Shown here piece by piece: positions 8,214 through 17,042 of a DNA stretch of 64,000 nt. Origin of the DNA: Candidatus Deferrimicrobiaceae bacterium (GTDB taxonomy: Bacteria; Desulfobacterota; Deferrimicrobia; Deferrimicrobiales; Deferrimicrobiaceae). The DNA lies in contig CAWBVY010000006.1 of assembly GCA_963792415.1 (NCBI GenBank), positions 736,001-800,000 of the forward strand, in the 5' to 3' direction. The notes beneath the pieces were generated by a model. That model had not been told where the DNA came from. It ran no database searches and saw only the letters and a program-made list of their open reading frames with translations. The position numbers were made by a program, and so were the translations under genes. Every line of letters starts with the position of its first letter. Position 1 is the stretch's first letter.

Positions 8214-9542
8214 TTACCCCGGTACCCGGTCGTCGGCCCCCACGGGGAAGATGAGCAGGCCCGTTCCGATCTTCGGATAGAAGAAGGTCGACTTCTGCGG
8301 GAGGACGTGCCCGGAGAGGGAAACGTCGCGGAACTCGGGGATCGTCACCGCGTTCATGAAGAAGGCGGCCTGGAGCGCGCCGGCCGAAAGATCCTTCGCA
8401 ACCTTGGCGGGCTCCTTGTAATACTTCACGAACTGCCCCGCCGTCACGGCCTCGGGGGAGATCCCGAGCAGCTGCTCCAGAAGGAACCCGTGGAGAAGGA
8501 CGACGTCGAGCGGCCGCAGCTGCGGCGGGAACTTCGAAAGGAACTTGTCGCAGAATGCAGGCAGGTCCGGGAAGGTGGCCACGTGGTACCGGTTCCCGCC
8601 CGCGCTCCATGCGATCGCCTTCCCCGTCCGCCCCGCCTCCTCCACGGCGCGCATCGCCTCCTCCGGCGAACCGTCCCGGCTCTCCACCGGGAGGTGGGCG
8701 CGCACCTTCGCGAGAAAACCGTCCGCCGAGAAGCCCTCCACGGAGTGGATCCCGCGGTGCGTCGGCAGGATCACGATCCCTTCGTCGTCCATATTGCACA
8801 GGAACATCAGCACGTGCTCATACGCGGCGTCCGGGCTCGCGCCGTGCTTCTTCCGCATCTCGTCCCGGAACGCCAGCGCGGTCTCGTACCGGTGGTGCCC
8901 GTCCGCGATGAAGACCCCCTTCCCCTTCATCCCCTCGACCGCCCCCAGGAGCGCCTTGGGGGTCGAAACGGTCCAGACCCGGTGTTTGACGCCCAGGTCG
9001 TCGACGGCGTCCATGTCGGGCGCCGCGGCCATCGCGGAGCGCAGGCTCCTCAGAACCTCGTCCTTCGGGTCGGAGTAGAGCGCGAAGATCGGGCTCATAT
9101 GGACGTCGGTCGCGCGCATCAGGGCGAGCCGGTCCTCCTTCGGCTTGGAGTGCGTCCGCTCGTGGGGGAACACCTCCCCTTCCCCGAACGCCGACAGCTT
9201 CAGGGCCCCGAGGAACCCCTTCCGCACAAAGGTCCTCTTCCCGGGGATCGGGAACTCCTGTTCGTAGTAGTAGAGGGACGGGAGGGTGTCGCGGACCAGG
9301 GTCCCCTCGGCGAGCCATTCCCGAAACCACGCGGCGGCGCGGGTGTATTTGTTACCGCCCGGGCCGTCGCCCTCCTTCGACATCCCGAAGTCGACCCAGG
9401 TGATGTTTTTCGGGTGGCGCCGGTGCAGTTCCTCCTGCTCCTCCGGAGAAATGACGTCGTACGGCGGCGCCACCACGCGGGTCAGGTCTCCCACGCGCTT
9501 CACGTCGTAATGGATCCCCCGGAACGGTTTTACTACGGCCAT
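8214..9542 (-). CDS. DUF1015 family protein
   Basis: PFRG, APPYDVI, PHERT, IADGHHRY and PQKSTFFYPK motifs. Confidence 0.9.
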   Translation of the reverse strand: MAVVKPFRGIHYDVKRVGDLTRVVAPPYDVISPEEQEELHRRHPKNITWVDFGMSKEGDGPGGNKYTRAAAWFREWLAEGTLVRDTLPSLYYYEQEFPIPGKRTFVRKGFLGALKLSAFGEGEVFPHERTHSKPKEDRLALMRATDVHMSPIFALYSDPKDEVLRSLRSAMAAAPDMDAVDDLGVKHRVWTVSTPKALLGAVEGMKGKGVFIADGHHRYETALAFRDEMRKKHGASPDAAYEHVLMFLCNMDDEGIVILPTHRGIHSVEGFSADGFLAKVRAHLPVESRDGSPEEAMRAVEEAGRTGKAIAWSAGGNRYHVATFPDLPAFCDKFLSKFPPQLRPLDVVLLHGFLLEQLLGISPEAVTAGQFVKYYKEPAKVAKDLSAGALQAAFFMNAVTIPEFRDVSLSGHVLPQKSTFFYPKIGTGLLIFPVGADDRVPG

Positions 9543-9546
9543 GGCG

Positions 9547-10236
9547 TCACCCTCTCTGAAGGAATTCGACGATGTCGTGAAACGGGAGAACCCCCTCCCT
9601 CAACAGGACCGGCAGGTCGTCGATCATCCGCACCACGGTGGACCCGGGGGAGTTCCCGGCGCCCTCCCGGCGCGCGTCACCGGACGGGGCTTTGCCCCCC
9701 CATAAGACCCAGTCGACCGCCCCGGTGAATTCCCGGACGATCTCCTCGGCGGACCCCCAGGCGCCGGGATTCCCGGACCGGTTGGCCGACGTCCCCGTGA
9801 CCGCGCCGGAAAGCAGGGCCGCCAGCGCGCGCGGGACAGGGTGGTCCGGAACGCGCAGCCCCACCGTGTCCCCCCCGCCGGTCACGGCCGGGTGGACGCC
9901 CGGGCCCGCGGGAAGCACCAGCGTGAGAGCCCCGGGCCAGAACCGGCCCATGAGGCGGGCGGCGGCGGGCGGAACATGCCGCGCCCAGCGGTCGACCTGC
10001 TCCACCCCCGACAGGAGCAGCGGGATCGGTTTCCCCCGGTCCCGCCCCTTGGCGGCGAGCAACCGGTTGAGCCCCGTTTCCGAACGCGGGTCGACGCCGA
10101 GTCCGTACAAGGTGTCGGTCGGAAAGATCGCCGCCCCCCCGGCGCGCAGCGAAGCGATCATCTCATCGGGGAAGGACGGCTTCGGAGCCGTCGGCCCGTT
10201 GGCACGATCGGCGTCCAGGAGGATCAGGCGCGTCAT
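9547..10236 (-). CDS. tsaC: L-threonylcarbamoyladenylate synthase (YrdC/Sua5 family)
   Basis: FPTDTLYGL, KGR, FWPGALT and TSANRSG motifs. Confidence 0.9.
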   Translation of the reverse strand: MTRLILLDADRANGPTAPKPSFPDEMIASLRAGGAAIFPTDTLYGLGVDPRSETGLNRLLAAKGRDRGKPIPLLLSGVEQVDRWARHVPPAAARLMGRFWPGALTLVLPAGPGVHPAVTGGGDTVGLRVPDHPVPRALAALLSGAVTGTSANRSGNPGAWGSAEEIVREFTGAVDWVLWGGKAPSGDARREGAGNSPGSTVVRMIDDLPVLLREGVLPFHDIVEFLQRG

Positions 10237-10261
10237 TCAGGGCATCCCCCGGGCCTGTGGA

Positions 10262-10750
10262 TCATGGAAGCTGCTTCGCCGCCTTCTCGACGGCGTCCGC
10301 CATCGCCTTCCGGCCGGCCCGGATCTTCGCCAGGATCTTCGGGGACGAAAGGGAAAGGATCTGCGCCGCGAGGTGCCCCGCGTTCTGCGCCCCCGCCTTT
10401 CCCACGGCCATGGTCGCCACCGGGACACCGGCGGGCATCTGAACGGTCGAGAGCAGGGCGTCGAACCCGCCAAGGGCCGACCCGGCCAGCGGCACCCCGA
10501 TCACCGGGAGCACCGTCTCGGCGGCGACGCACCCGGCGAGGTGCGCCGCGGCCCCCGCCCCGGCGATGATCACCGAGAACCCTTCCTTCTCCGCCCGGCG
10601 GGCCAGCGCCTGGGTCCGGCCCGGCGAGCGATGCGCGGAGGCGACGGTCATCTCGCACGGGATCCCGTAGCCCGACAGCACCTCCGCCGCCGCCCGCATC
10701 GTCTCCGCGTCGGAGGCGCTTCCCATGAGGATCAGGACCTTCCCGGCCAT
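10262..10750 (-). CDS. purE: N5-CAIR mutase
   Basis: LMGSASD, SAHRSP, AGAGAAAHL and VQMPAGVPVAT motifs. Confidence 0.96.
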   Translation of the reverse strand: MAGKVLILMGSASDAETMRAAAEVLSGYGIPCEMTVASAHRSPGRTQALARRAEKEGFSVIIAGAGAAAHLAGCVAAETVLPVIGVPLAGSALGGFDALLSTVQMPAGVPVATMAVGKAGAQNAGHLAAQILSLSSPKILAKIRAGRKAMADAVEKAAKQLP

Positions 10751-12036
10751 CATCCGTTCCCCCGTGCGAGCGCCTTTCGCCCGATGTCGGTGCGCCAGTA
10801 GGCGCCTTCCCAATGGATCCTGTCCACGGCGCGGTATGCGCGGGCGATCGCCTCCTTCAGCGTGTCGCCGATCGCGGTGACGCCGAGAACACGTCCCCCG
10901 TGGTTCACCAGGCGACCTTCCTTCATCGCCGTGCCGGCGTGGAACACCACCACGCCCTCCTCCTTCTCCGCCTCCTCGATTCCCCCGATGGCGCGCCCCA
11001 CCTCGTACTTCCCCGGGTAGCCGCCGGACGACATCACGACGCAGACCGTCGGCCTCGGGTCGATCTCCATCTTCGCGTCCGTGATCTTCCCCCGCGCGCA
11101 CTGCAGGAGCAGGGGGACGAGATCGCTTTTCAGGCGAAGGAAGAGCGGCTGCGCCTCGGGGTCTCCGAAGCGGACGTTGAACTCGAGGACCCGGGGGACT
11201 CCCCGTTCGATCATGAGACCCGCGTAGAGGATGCCGCGGAAGACGATCCCCTCGGCACGAAGGCCCGCCAGCAGCGGCTCGAAGATCTCCCGGTGCACCC
11301 GCGCCTCGACGTCGGGCGTCACGACCGGCGCGGGGGAGTATGCCCCCATCCCGCCGGTATTGGGTCCGGCATCGTTGTCCCCGATCCTCTTGTGGTCCTG
11401 CGAGGATGGGAGCGGGACAAACTTGTCCCCGTCGGTGAAGACGATGTACGACGCCTCCTCGCCCGGCAGGCACTCCTCGATCACGACGCGCTCCCCCGCG
11501 GGGCCGAACACCCGGCGCTGCATCACGTCCTTCAGGAACGCGATCCCCTCCTCGAACGTCTGCGCGACGGCGACGCCCTTCCCCGCCGCGAGTCCGTCCG
11601 CCTTGACCACCACCGGCAGCCGGTGGGTAAGCAGATATTGCTCCGCCTCGTCGTACTCTCCGAACACCTTGAAGGAGGCCGTCGGGATCCCGTACTTCCC
11701 GAGGATGGTCTTCATGAAGACCTTGGACCCCTCCATCTGCGCTCCCGCACGGTCCGGGCCGCAGACGAGGAGGCCCTCCTTCGTGAGCAGGTCGGTCAAC
11801 CCAGCCGCCAGCGGGGCCTCGGGGCCGACCACGGTGAGGTCGATCCTCTTCGACACCGCGAATTTCCGCAACCCGTCGAGGTCGTCCATCGCCAGGGGAG
11901 CGCACTCCGCGTACCGCGCGACCCCGGGGTTGCCGGGCGCGGCGTAGATCCTGGACACGAGGGGGCTCTTCGCGATCTTCCAGGCCAGGGCGTGCTCGCG
12001 ACCGCCGCCGCCGACGATGAGGACGGAGATTCCCAT
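10750..12036 (-). CDS. purD: Phosphoribosylamine-glycine ligase
   Basis: GGGGREHALAW, KADGLAAGKGV, QDHKR, GPNTGGMGAY and EFNVRFGDPE motifs. Confidence 0.97.
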   Translation of the reverse strand: MGISVLIVGGGGREHALAWKIAKSPLVSRIYAAPGNPGVARYAECAPLAMDDLDGLRKFAVSKRIDLTVVGPEAPLAAGLTDLLTKEGLLVCGPDRAGAQMEGSKVFMKTILGKYGIPTASFKVFGEYDEAEQYLLTHRLPVVVKADGLAAGKGVAVAQTFEEGIAFLKDVMQRRVFGPAGERVVIEECLPGEEASYIVFTDGDKFVPLPSSQDHKRIGDNDAGPNTGGMGAYSPAPVVTPDVEARVHREIFEPLLAGLRAEGIVFRGILYAGLMIERGVPRVLEFNVRFGDPEAQPLFLRLKSDLVPLLLQCARGKITDAKMEIDPRPTVCVVMSSGGYPGKYEVGRAIGGIEEAEKEEGVVVFHAGTAMKEGRLVNHGGRVLGVTAIGDTLKEAIARAYRAVDRIHWEGAYWRTDIGRKALARGNG

Positions 12037-12064
12037 TCCATCTTCCTCCGCTTTGAAGTGCTAA

Positions 12065-12226
12065 GTGTAGCGTCTCGCAAATATCCTGGCATTCGAACGC
12101 CGCTGCATCCGCTCCAGCTTCGTTGCGCCAGTTCGACGTACTCTCCCGGTACGCCTTCACTGCCGCGCCTTGCTGGCGCGGCGCATCGACGCTCTCGATG
12201 CTCAGGCTATTTGCGAGACGCTACAC
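12065..12226. repeat. Palindromic MITE/REP-like element, copy 1 (162 bp)
   Basis: Perfect 19-bp terminal inverted repeat GTGTAGCGTCTCGCAAATA...TATTTGCGAGACGCTACAC, flanked by TAA and TAG. Internal sequence is homologous, in opposite orientation, to 32761-32924. Confidence 0.85.
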
Positions 12227-13788
12227 TAGTGCCGGAAGTGCCGCACTCCGGTGAACACCATCGCCATCCCGTGCTCGTCGGCCGCGGCGATCACTTCCGC
12301 GTCCCGGACCGACCCGCCCGGCTGGATCACCGCCGTGGCCCCCGCCCCGGCGGCCACGTCGAGACCGTCGCGGAACGGGAAGAAGGCGTCGGAGGCGACG
12401 ACCGTCCCCTTCGTCGGGTGCTGCGCCTTCATCACCGCGATTTTCGCCGAGTCGACCCGGCTCATCTGCCCCGCCCCCACACCGACGGTGCGGTCCTTCA
12501 TCGCGTAGACGATCGCGTTCGATTTTACGTGCTTGCACACCTTCCACGCGAACAGCATCGCCTCGAGCTCGTCCGCGGTGGGCTTCCGCTTCGTCACCAC
12601 CTTCAGGTCCTTCGGGTCGAGCACGTGCCGGTCGCCCGTCTGCAGGAGGAGCCCGCCGCTCACCCGCTTCATCTCGAACGTCCTGGCTTCCGACCACCGG
12701 AACGCGCCGCCCGTGGCCAGGACGCGGAGGTTCTTCTTCGCCGAGAGGATCTTCCGCGCCCCCTTGTCGTAGGAAGGGGCGATGACCGCCTCGAAGAAGG
12801 TGTTGGCGATCTCCCGGGCCGTCTCGGAGTTCACGGGCCGGTTGAATCCGATCACGCCGCCGTAGGCGGAGACGGGGTCGCAACTGCGCGCCTTCTTGAA
12901 GGCATCCAGGAGACGGCGCTTCGAGACACCCACGCCGGAAGGGTTCGTGTGCTTGATGACGACCGCGGCGGGGATGGCGAATTCGAGAGCGAGCTGCAGC
13001 GCGGCGTCGATGTCGACGATGTTGTTGTAGGAGAGCTCCTTCCCCTGCAACTGCTGCGCGCCTCCCAGCGTCGGCTCGTCGGGCAGCGTGGCGTCGACGT
13101 AGAACGACGAGGCCTGGTGCGGGTTCTCGCCGTACCGGAGCCCCTGGAGTTGACGCCACTGGGCCGTGAAGGTCACGGGGAACGCCTCCACCCCTCCCTG
13201 CCCCGCGCCGAGGTAGTTCGAGATCGCCGCATCGTACCGTGCCGTCATTGCGAATGCCTTCCGCCCGAGTTCCTTCATGGTCTCCTCGTCGAGATTTCCG
13301 GCGTTCTTCTTCAGCTGCGCGAGGACCAGGGGGTAGTCGGCGGGGTCGCATACCACCGCGACCGACTGGGAGTTTTTCGCGGCGGACCGGAGCATCGAAG
13401 GTCCGCCGATGTCGATGTTTTCGATCGCCTCCTCCCGGGTGCAGCCGGGGCGGGCAACCGTGGCCTCGAAAGGATAGAGGTTCCCGATCAGCATGTCGAA
13501 CGGGACGATCCCGTGCTCCGCGATCGTCTTCATGTGCGCCGCGTTCCCGCGCAGGGCGAGAAGCCCCCCGTGGATCTTCGGGTTCAAGGTTTTCACCCGC
13601 CCGTCCAGCATCTCGGGGAACCCCGTGTACTCCTCGATGAGGCGCACCGGGACCTTCTTCTCCCGAAGCAGTTTCGCCGTTCCTCCCGAGGCGTACAGCT
13701 CGACGCCGAGCCGGGAGAGCGCGGCGCAGAACTGCGCCACGCCGGTCTTGTCGGATACGCTGACGATCGCCCGATGGATTCTCGCCAT
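12226..13788 (-). CDS. purH: Bifunctional AICAR transformylase/IMP cyclohydrolase
   Basis: [35 protein letters not shown] and GVRHFRH motifs. Confidence 0.98.
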   Translation of the reverse strand: MARIHRAIVSVSDKTGVAQFCAALSRLGVELYASGGTAKLLREKKVPVRLIEEYTGFPEMLDGRVKTLNPKIHGGLLALRGNAAHMKTIAEHGIVPFDMLIGNLYPFEATVARPGCTREEAIENIDIGGPSMLRSAAKNSQSVAVVCDPADYPLVLAQLKKNAGNLDEETMKELGRKAFAMTARYDAAISNYLGAGQGGVEAFPVTFTAQWRQLQGLRYGENPHQASSFYVDATLPDEPTLGGAQQLQGKELSYNNIVDIDAALQLALEFAIPAAVVIKHTNPSGVGVSKRRLLDAFKKARSCDPVSAYGGVIGFNRPVNSETAREIANTFFEAVIAPSYDKGARKILSAKKNLRVLATGGAFRWSEARTFEMKRVSGGLLLQTGDRHVLDPKDLKVVTKRKPTADELEAMLFAWKVCKHVKSNAIVYAMKDRTVGVGAGQMSRVDSAKIAVMKAQHPTKGTVVASDAFFPFRDGLDVAAGAGATAVIQPGGSVRDAEVIAAADEHGMAMVFTGVRHFRH

Positions 13789-13844
13789 GATCTGGGATCC
13801 TTCCTTGGTGTCGTGATGCGGTATGTGCCGATCGGAGCGCGTCG

Positions 13845-15362
13845 TTACGGCTTGTAGGGAACGGCCCCGATCACGGTCTTCAGGTCGTCGTCGGGGAACT
13901 TGATCCCGAACCCGAGAAAGAAGGTCCGGTACTGCGAAAACTCGCTCAGCAAATCGTCCGCCCCGGCCGTGATGAAAAGGTTTTTGAAAATATCATAGTT
14001 GCCGTACAGCTTCAAATGCGCGCGGTTGTCGGGCCGGTTGAAGTCGAAGATGTCCGCCCCGACGCTGAGCCGGTCCTTCACCACATCGTACTCCAGCCCC
14101 AATCCCCCCGCGGACTCCATGATGCCGCCCCGGACCGTGACCCGGGAGAACCGCTTCGCCAGCAGGGCGTTGAACTTCCACTTGTCCTCGTAGCTCACCA
14201 CTTTCGTCTCGACAGGAGGATTCCCGCCGACGCTGACGAAGGTACTGCTGTCCGTGCGTTTCCCCCTCGGGTCGTTTACGACACCGACAAGATAATACTT
14301 GTCCGCCGTGGGCTGGATCTTCAGGTTCAGGTAATACTTCCAGTCGGAGGTGCCGGTCTGGAACTCGACCCACGGGACCAGCGTCATGTGCAGCGCATCA
14401 TACTTACGGACGTACCGGTTGACCCCTTCGAGGGTCTCGGTGAGGGAGGTGTGAGCCGTATTGTCGTTGACGAGCTTCCCGAGGGTCCCCTCGCCGCGGT
14501 CGATCTTCGCCATCACCCTCCCGGCGGAGTCGAGCGTGTTGTCGAGGCGCGCGGAGGCGGTCTTCAGGTTGGCGATGCTCTCCTTCAGGTTCTCCCGGTT
14601 GTCCCCCGCGATGTTGCTCACCCGCTCGCTCATCTCCTCGAGCTTGCGCACCAGCTCCGGCGTTTCGCTCTTCAGCGTGTCGGAAAAAGCCCGGAAATTC
14701 GCGATCGTCGCGCGGACGTCCTGCTTGTTGCTCGCCGAGATGTCGGAGAGATCCGCGGACAGCCGGTCGATGTTCGCCAGGATCCGCTCGAAACGATCTT
14801 CGTTCCCCTGCACGACGGTCCGCAGGGAGGCGGTGGTGGCCCGGACATCGCGGAGGATGTCCGCGAGCGCCTGTTTCCCCTCCTCGGTCCCGAAAGTCGA
14901 GGAGAGCGCTTCGGTGAACTTCTTGACGTCGTCCCCGATCGCCGACAGCTTTCTCACCATCTCGTCAAGATTCGTGGGGGTCAGGGTGTTGGTGACCTGT
15001 CCCCCCGCCGGCAAGTTGCGCTGCACGTCCTTCCCCGGGAGGATCTCGACATATTTCTCGCCGAGAAGGCCCTGGGTCTGGATGGAAGCGACCGAGTCGA
15101 TCGGGATCCGGATCCCCTGTCGAACGCGAAGGACGAGGCGGGCGCGGTTTCCCACAAGCTCGATCCCCTCGACCTTCCCGATCGGAACCCCGGCCATCTT
15201 CACGTCCGACTTGGGCTCCAGACCCGCCGCCGTGTCGAAGTCCACCGTGAGCCTGTACCCCTTCTCCGCGATCAATCCCCACTTGCTCACGCGGAACGTG
15301 AAGAACGTGAGGACGATCAGCCCCAGAAGGACGAAAATCCCGACGCGGGCCTCCCTGGACAT
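13845..15362 (-). CDS. mlaD: Long MlaD/MCE family protein (TM-MCE-helical-C-terminal beta-rich domain)
   Basis: N-terminal TM (EARVGIFVLLGL), MCE motifs (GL..VKMAGVPIGKV, GLLGEKYVEI), long helical stretch, GEGTLGKL and an aromatic-rich C-terminus. Confidence 0.88.
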   Translation of the reverse strand: MSREARVGIFVLLGLIVLTFFTFRVSKWGLIAEKGYRLTVDFDTAAGLEPKSDVKMAGVPIGKVEGIELVGNRARLVLRVRQGIRIPIDSVASIQTQGLLGEKYVEILPGKDVQRNLPAGGQVTNTLTPTNLDEMVRKLSAIGDDVKKFTEALSSTFGTEEGKQALADILRDVRATTASLRTVVQGNEDRFERILANIDRLSADLSDISASNKQDVRATIANFRAFSDTLKSETPELVRKLEEMSERVSNIAGDNRENLKESIANLKTASARLDNTLDSAGRVMAKIDRGEGTLGKLVNDNTAHTSLTETLEGVNRYVRKYDALHMTLVPWVEFQTGTSDWKYYLNLKIQPTADKYYLVGVVNDPRGKRTDSSTFVSVGGNPPVETKVVSYEDKWKFNALLAKRFSRVTVRGGIMESAGGLGLEYDVVKDRLSVGADIFDFNRPDNRAHLKLYGNYDIFKNLFITAGADDLLSEFSQYRTFFLGFGIKFPDDDLKTVIGAVPYKP

Positions 15363-15443
15363 CGACGATGCTACCCCCATGCATGCGGCCCGACCGGACC
15401 TCCCCGGCCGGACTCCTCACCCCGAAATATCGGGGATACTATA

Positions 15444-16220
15444 TCATCGGCTGACGAAGCGGACGAACTCCTCGCTCTCGTCCGTGATGGGACCGTGCGC
15501 GCGGCCCTGAACGAACTGCGCGACCACCGGGTTCGACGTCGTCCGGATCTCCTCCGGGGTCCCCACCTCGATGATCTTTCCCTTGTACAGCATCGCGATC
15601 TGATCCGCGATCTTGTAGGCGGAGGCCATGTCGTGGGTGATCGTGATCGAGGTCACCCCGAGCGTCTCCCGCAGCGAGATGATCAGGTCGTTGATGACGT
15701 CGGCCATGATCGGATCCAGGCCCGTCGTGGGCTCGTCGTACAACAGGATGTCGGGCTCGGAGGCGATCGCCCGGGCGAGCCCCACGCGTTTCTTCATGCC
15801 GCCCGACAGCTCCGCGGGCATCAGGCGCTGGATGTCGCGCAGCCCGACCATCGAGAGTTTCTCCTCCACCACCTCCCGGATCTGGCCCTCCGGGTACATT
15901 TTCAGCCGCCGCAATACGAACGCCACGTTCTCCCCCACGTCCATCGAGTCGAACAGGGCCGCCCCCTGGAAGAGCATCCCGAACCGGCGGCGGACCCGGA
16001 CCAGTTCCCGCTCGTCCATCCGGGTGATGTCGTGGCCGTCGATCCGGATCTCCCCCGCGTCCGGGTGAAGCAGCCCCACCGCGCACTTGATGAGGACCGA
16101 CTTGCCTGTGCCGCTTCCGCCGATGACGACGGTGTTCTTCCCCCTCGGCACGGTCAGCTTGAGGCCGTCGAGGACAACCTTCTTCCCGAAAGCCTTGCTC
16201 AAATCCTGGATCGCGATCAC
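15444..16220 (-). CDS. mlaF: MlaF-type ABC transporter ATP-binding protein
   Basis: Walker A GGSGTGKS, LSGGMKKRVGLARA and LYDEPTTGLDP. Confidence 0.93.
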   Translation of the reverse strand: MIAIQDLSKAFGKKVVLDGLKLTVPRGKNTVVIGGSGTGKSVLIKCAVGLLHPDAGEIRIDGHDITRMDERELVRVRRRFGMLFQGAALFDSMDVGENVAFVLRRLKMYPEGQIREVVEEKLSMVGLRDIQRLMPAELSGGMKKRVGLARAIASEPDILLYDEPTTGLDPIMADVINDLIISLRETLGVTSITITHDMASAYKIADQIAMLYKGKIIEVGTPEEIRTTSNPVVAQFVQGRAHGPITDESEEFVRFVSR

Positions 16221-16241
16221 GCCGGTTTCGGCCCTTTCCCG

Positions 16242-17042
16242 TCAGAACATGAAGGACGTCATGAAGTAGTCCGAGATGAGCACCATCATGGAGGACGCCA
16301 CGACCGCCCGCGTGGTGGCCCGGCCGACCCCCTCCGCGCCCCCCTCCGCAACGAAACCGTGATGGCACGAGATGAGGGCGATCAGCATCCCGAAGACCGA
16401 GGCCTTGACCAGCCCCGTGTAGATGTCCTTGAACTCGAGGTACTGGTACGTCTTTGCCATGTACACGTACGGGTTGGCGCCCATCAGATGGACGGAGACG
16501 AAGTAGCCCCCGACGATCCCCAGCAGGTCCGCGAACACGACGAGCACCGGGAGGACGAGCGTAGCGGCCACCACGCGCGGAACGACGAGGTACTTGACCG
16601 GGTTGGTGGCGAGAGTGACCAGGGCGTCGATCTGCTCCGTCACCTTCATCGTCCCCAATTCCGCGGCCATCGAGGCGCCGACGCGGCCGGAGACCATGAG
16701 CCCGGCGAACACCGGCCCCAGTTCCCGGGTGATGGAAAGGGCGACGACCGACCCGACGAAGCTGGTCGCGCCGAACCGCTGGAACCCGGAGTAGCTCTGC
16801 AGCGCGAGGACCATGCCGGTGAAGGTGGCGGTGACGAGCACGACCGGCATCGACCGGACCCCGACCTCTTCCATCTGCTTGACGATGTTGCGGATCTCCG
16901 ACGGCGGCCGCACCACCCAGGAGACGACCTGGAGGAACAGGGTGAAGATCGCCCCCAGGTCCTGCACCATGGCGTAGACCCGCTTCCCGAGGAGCTCCGC
17001 GACCCGGGCGGCGCCGTTCTTTTTCCCGGTGGCGTCAGTCAA
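16242..17042 (-). CDS. mlaE: MlaE-type ABC transporter permease
   Basis: RELGPV, AAELGTMKVTEQIDAL and GAEGVGRATT motifs. Confidence 0.94.
   Translation of the reverse strand: MTDATGKKNGAARVAELLGKRVYAMVQDLGAIFTLFLQVVSWVVRPPSEIRNIVKQMEEVGVRSMPVVLVTATFTGMVLALQSYSGFQRFGATSFVGSVVALSITRELGPVFAGLMVSGRVGASMAAELGTMKVTEQIDALVTLATNPVKYLVVPRVVAATLVLPVLVVFADLLGIVGGYFVSVHLMGANPYVYMAKTYQYLEFKDIYTGLVKASVFGMLIALISCHHGFVAEGGAEGVGRATTRAVVASSMMVLISDYFMTSFMF

Noticed and set aside
12065-12226. Palindromic elements as CRISPR repeats, integron attC sites or simple terminators
   Set aside because: There are only two dispersed copies with no repeat-spacer array or cas genes. The ends lack the RYYYAAC/GTTRRRY attC cores, and there is no T-tract.
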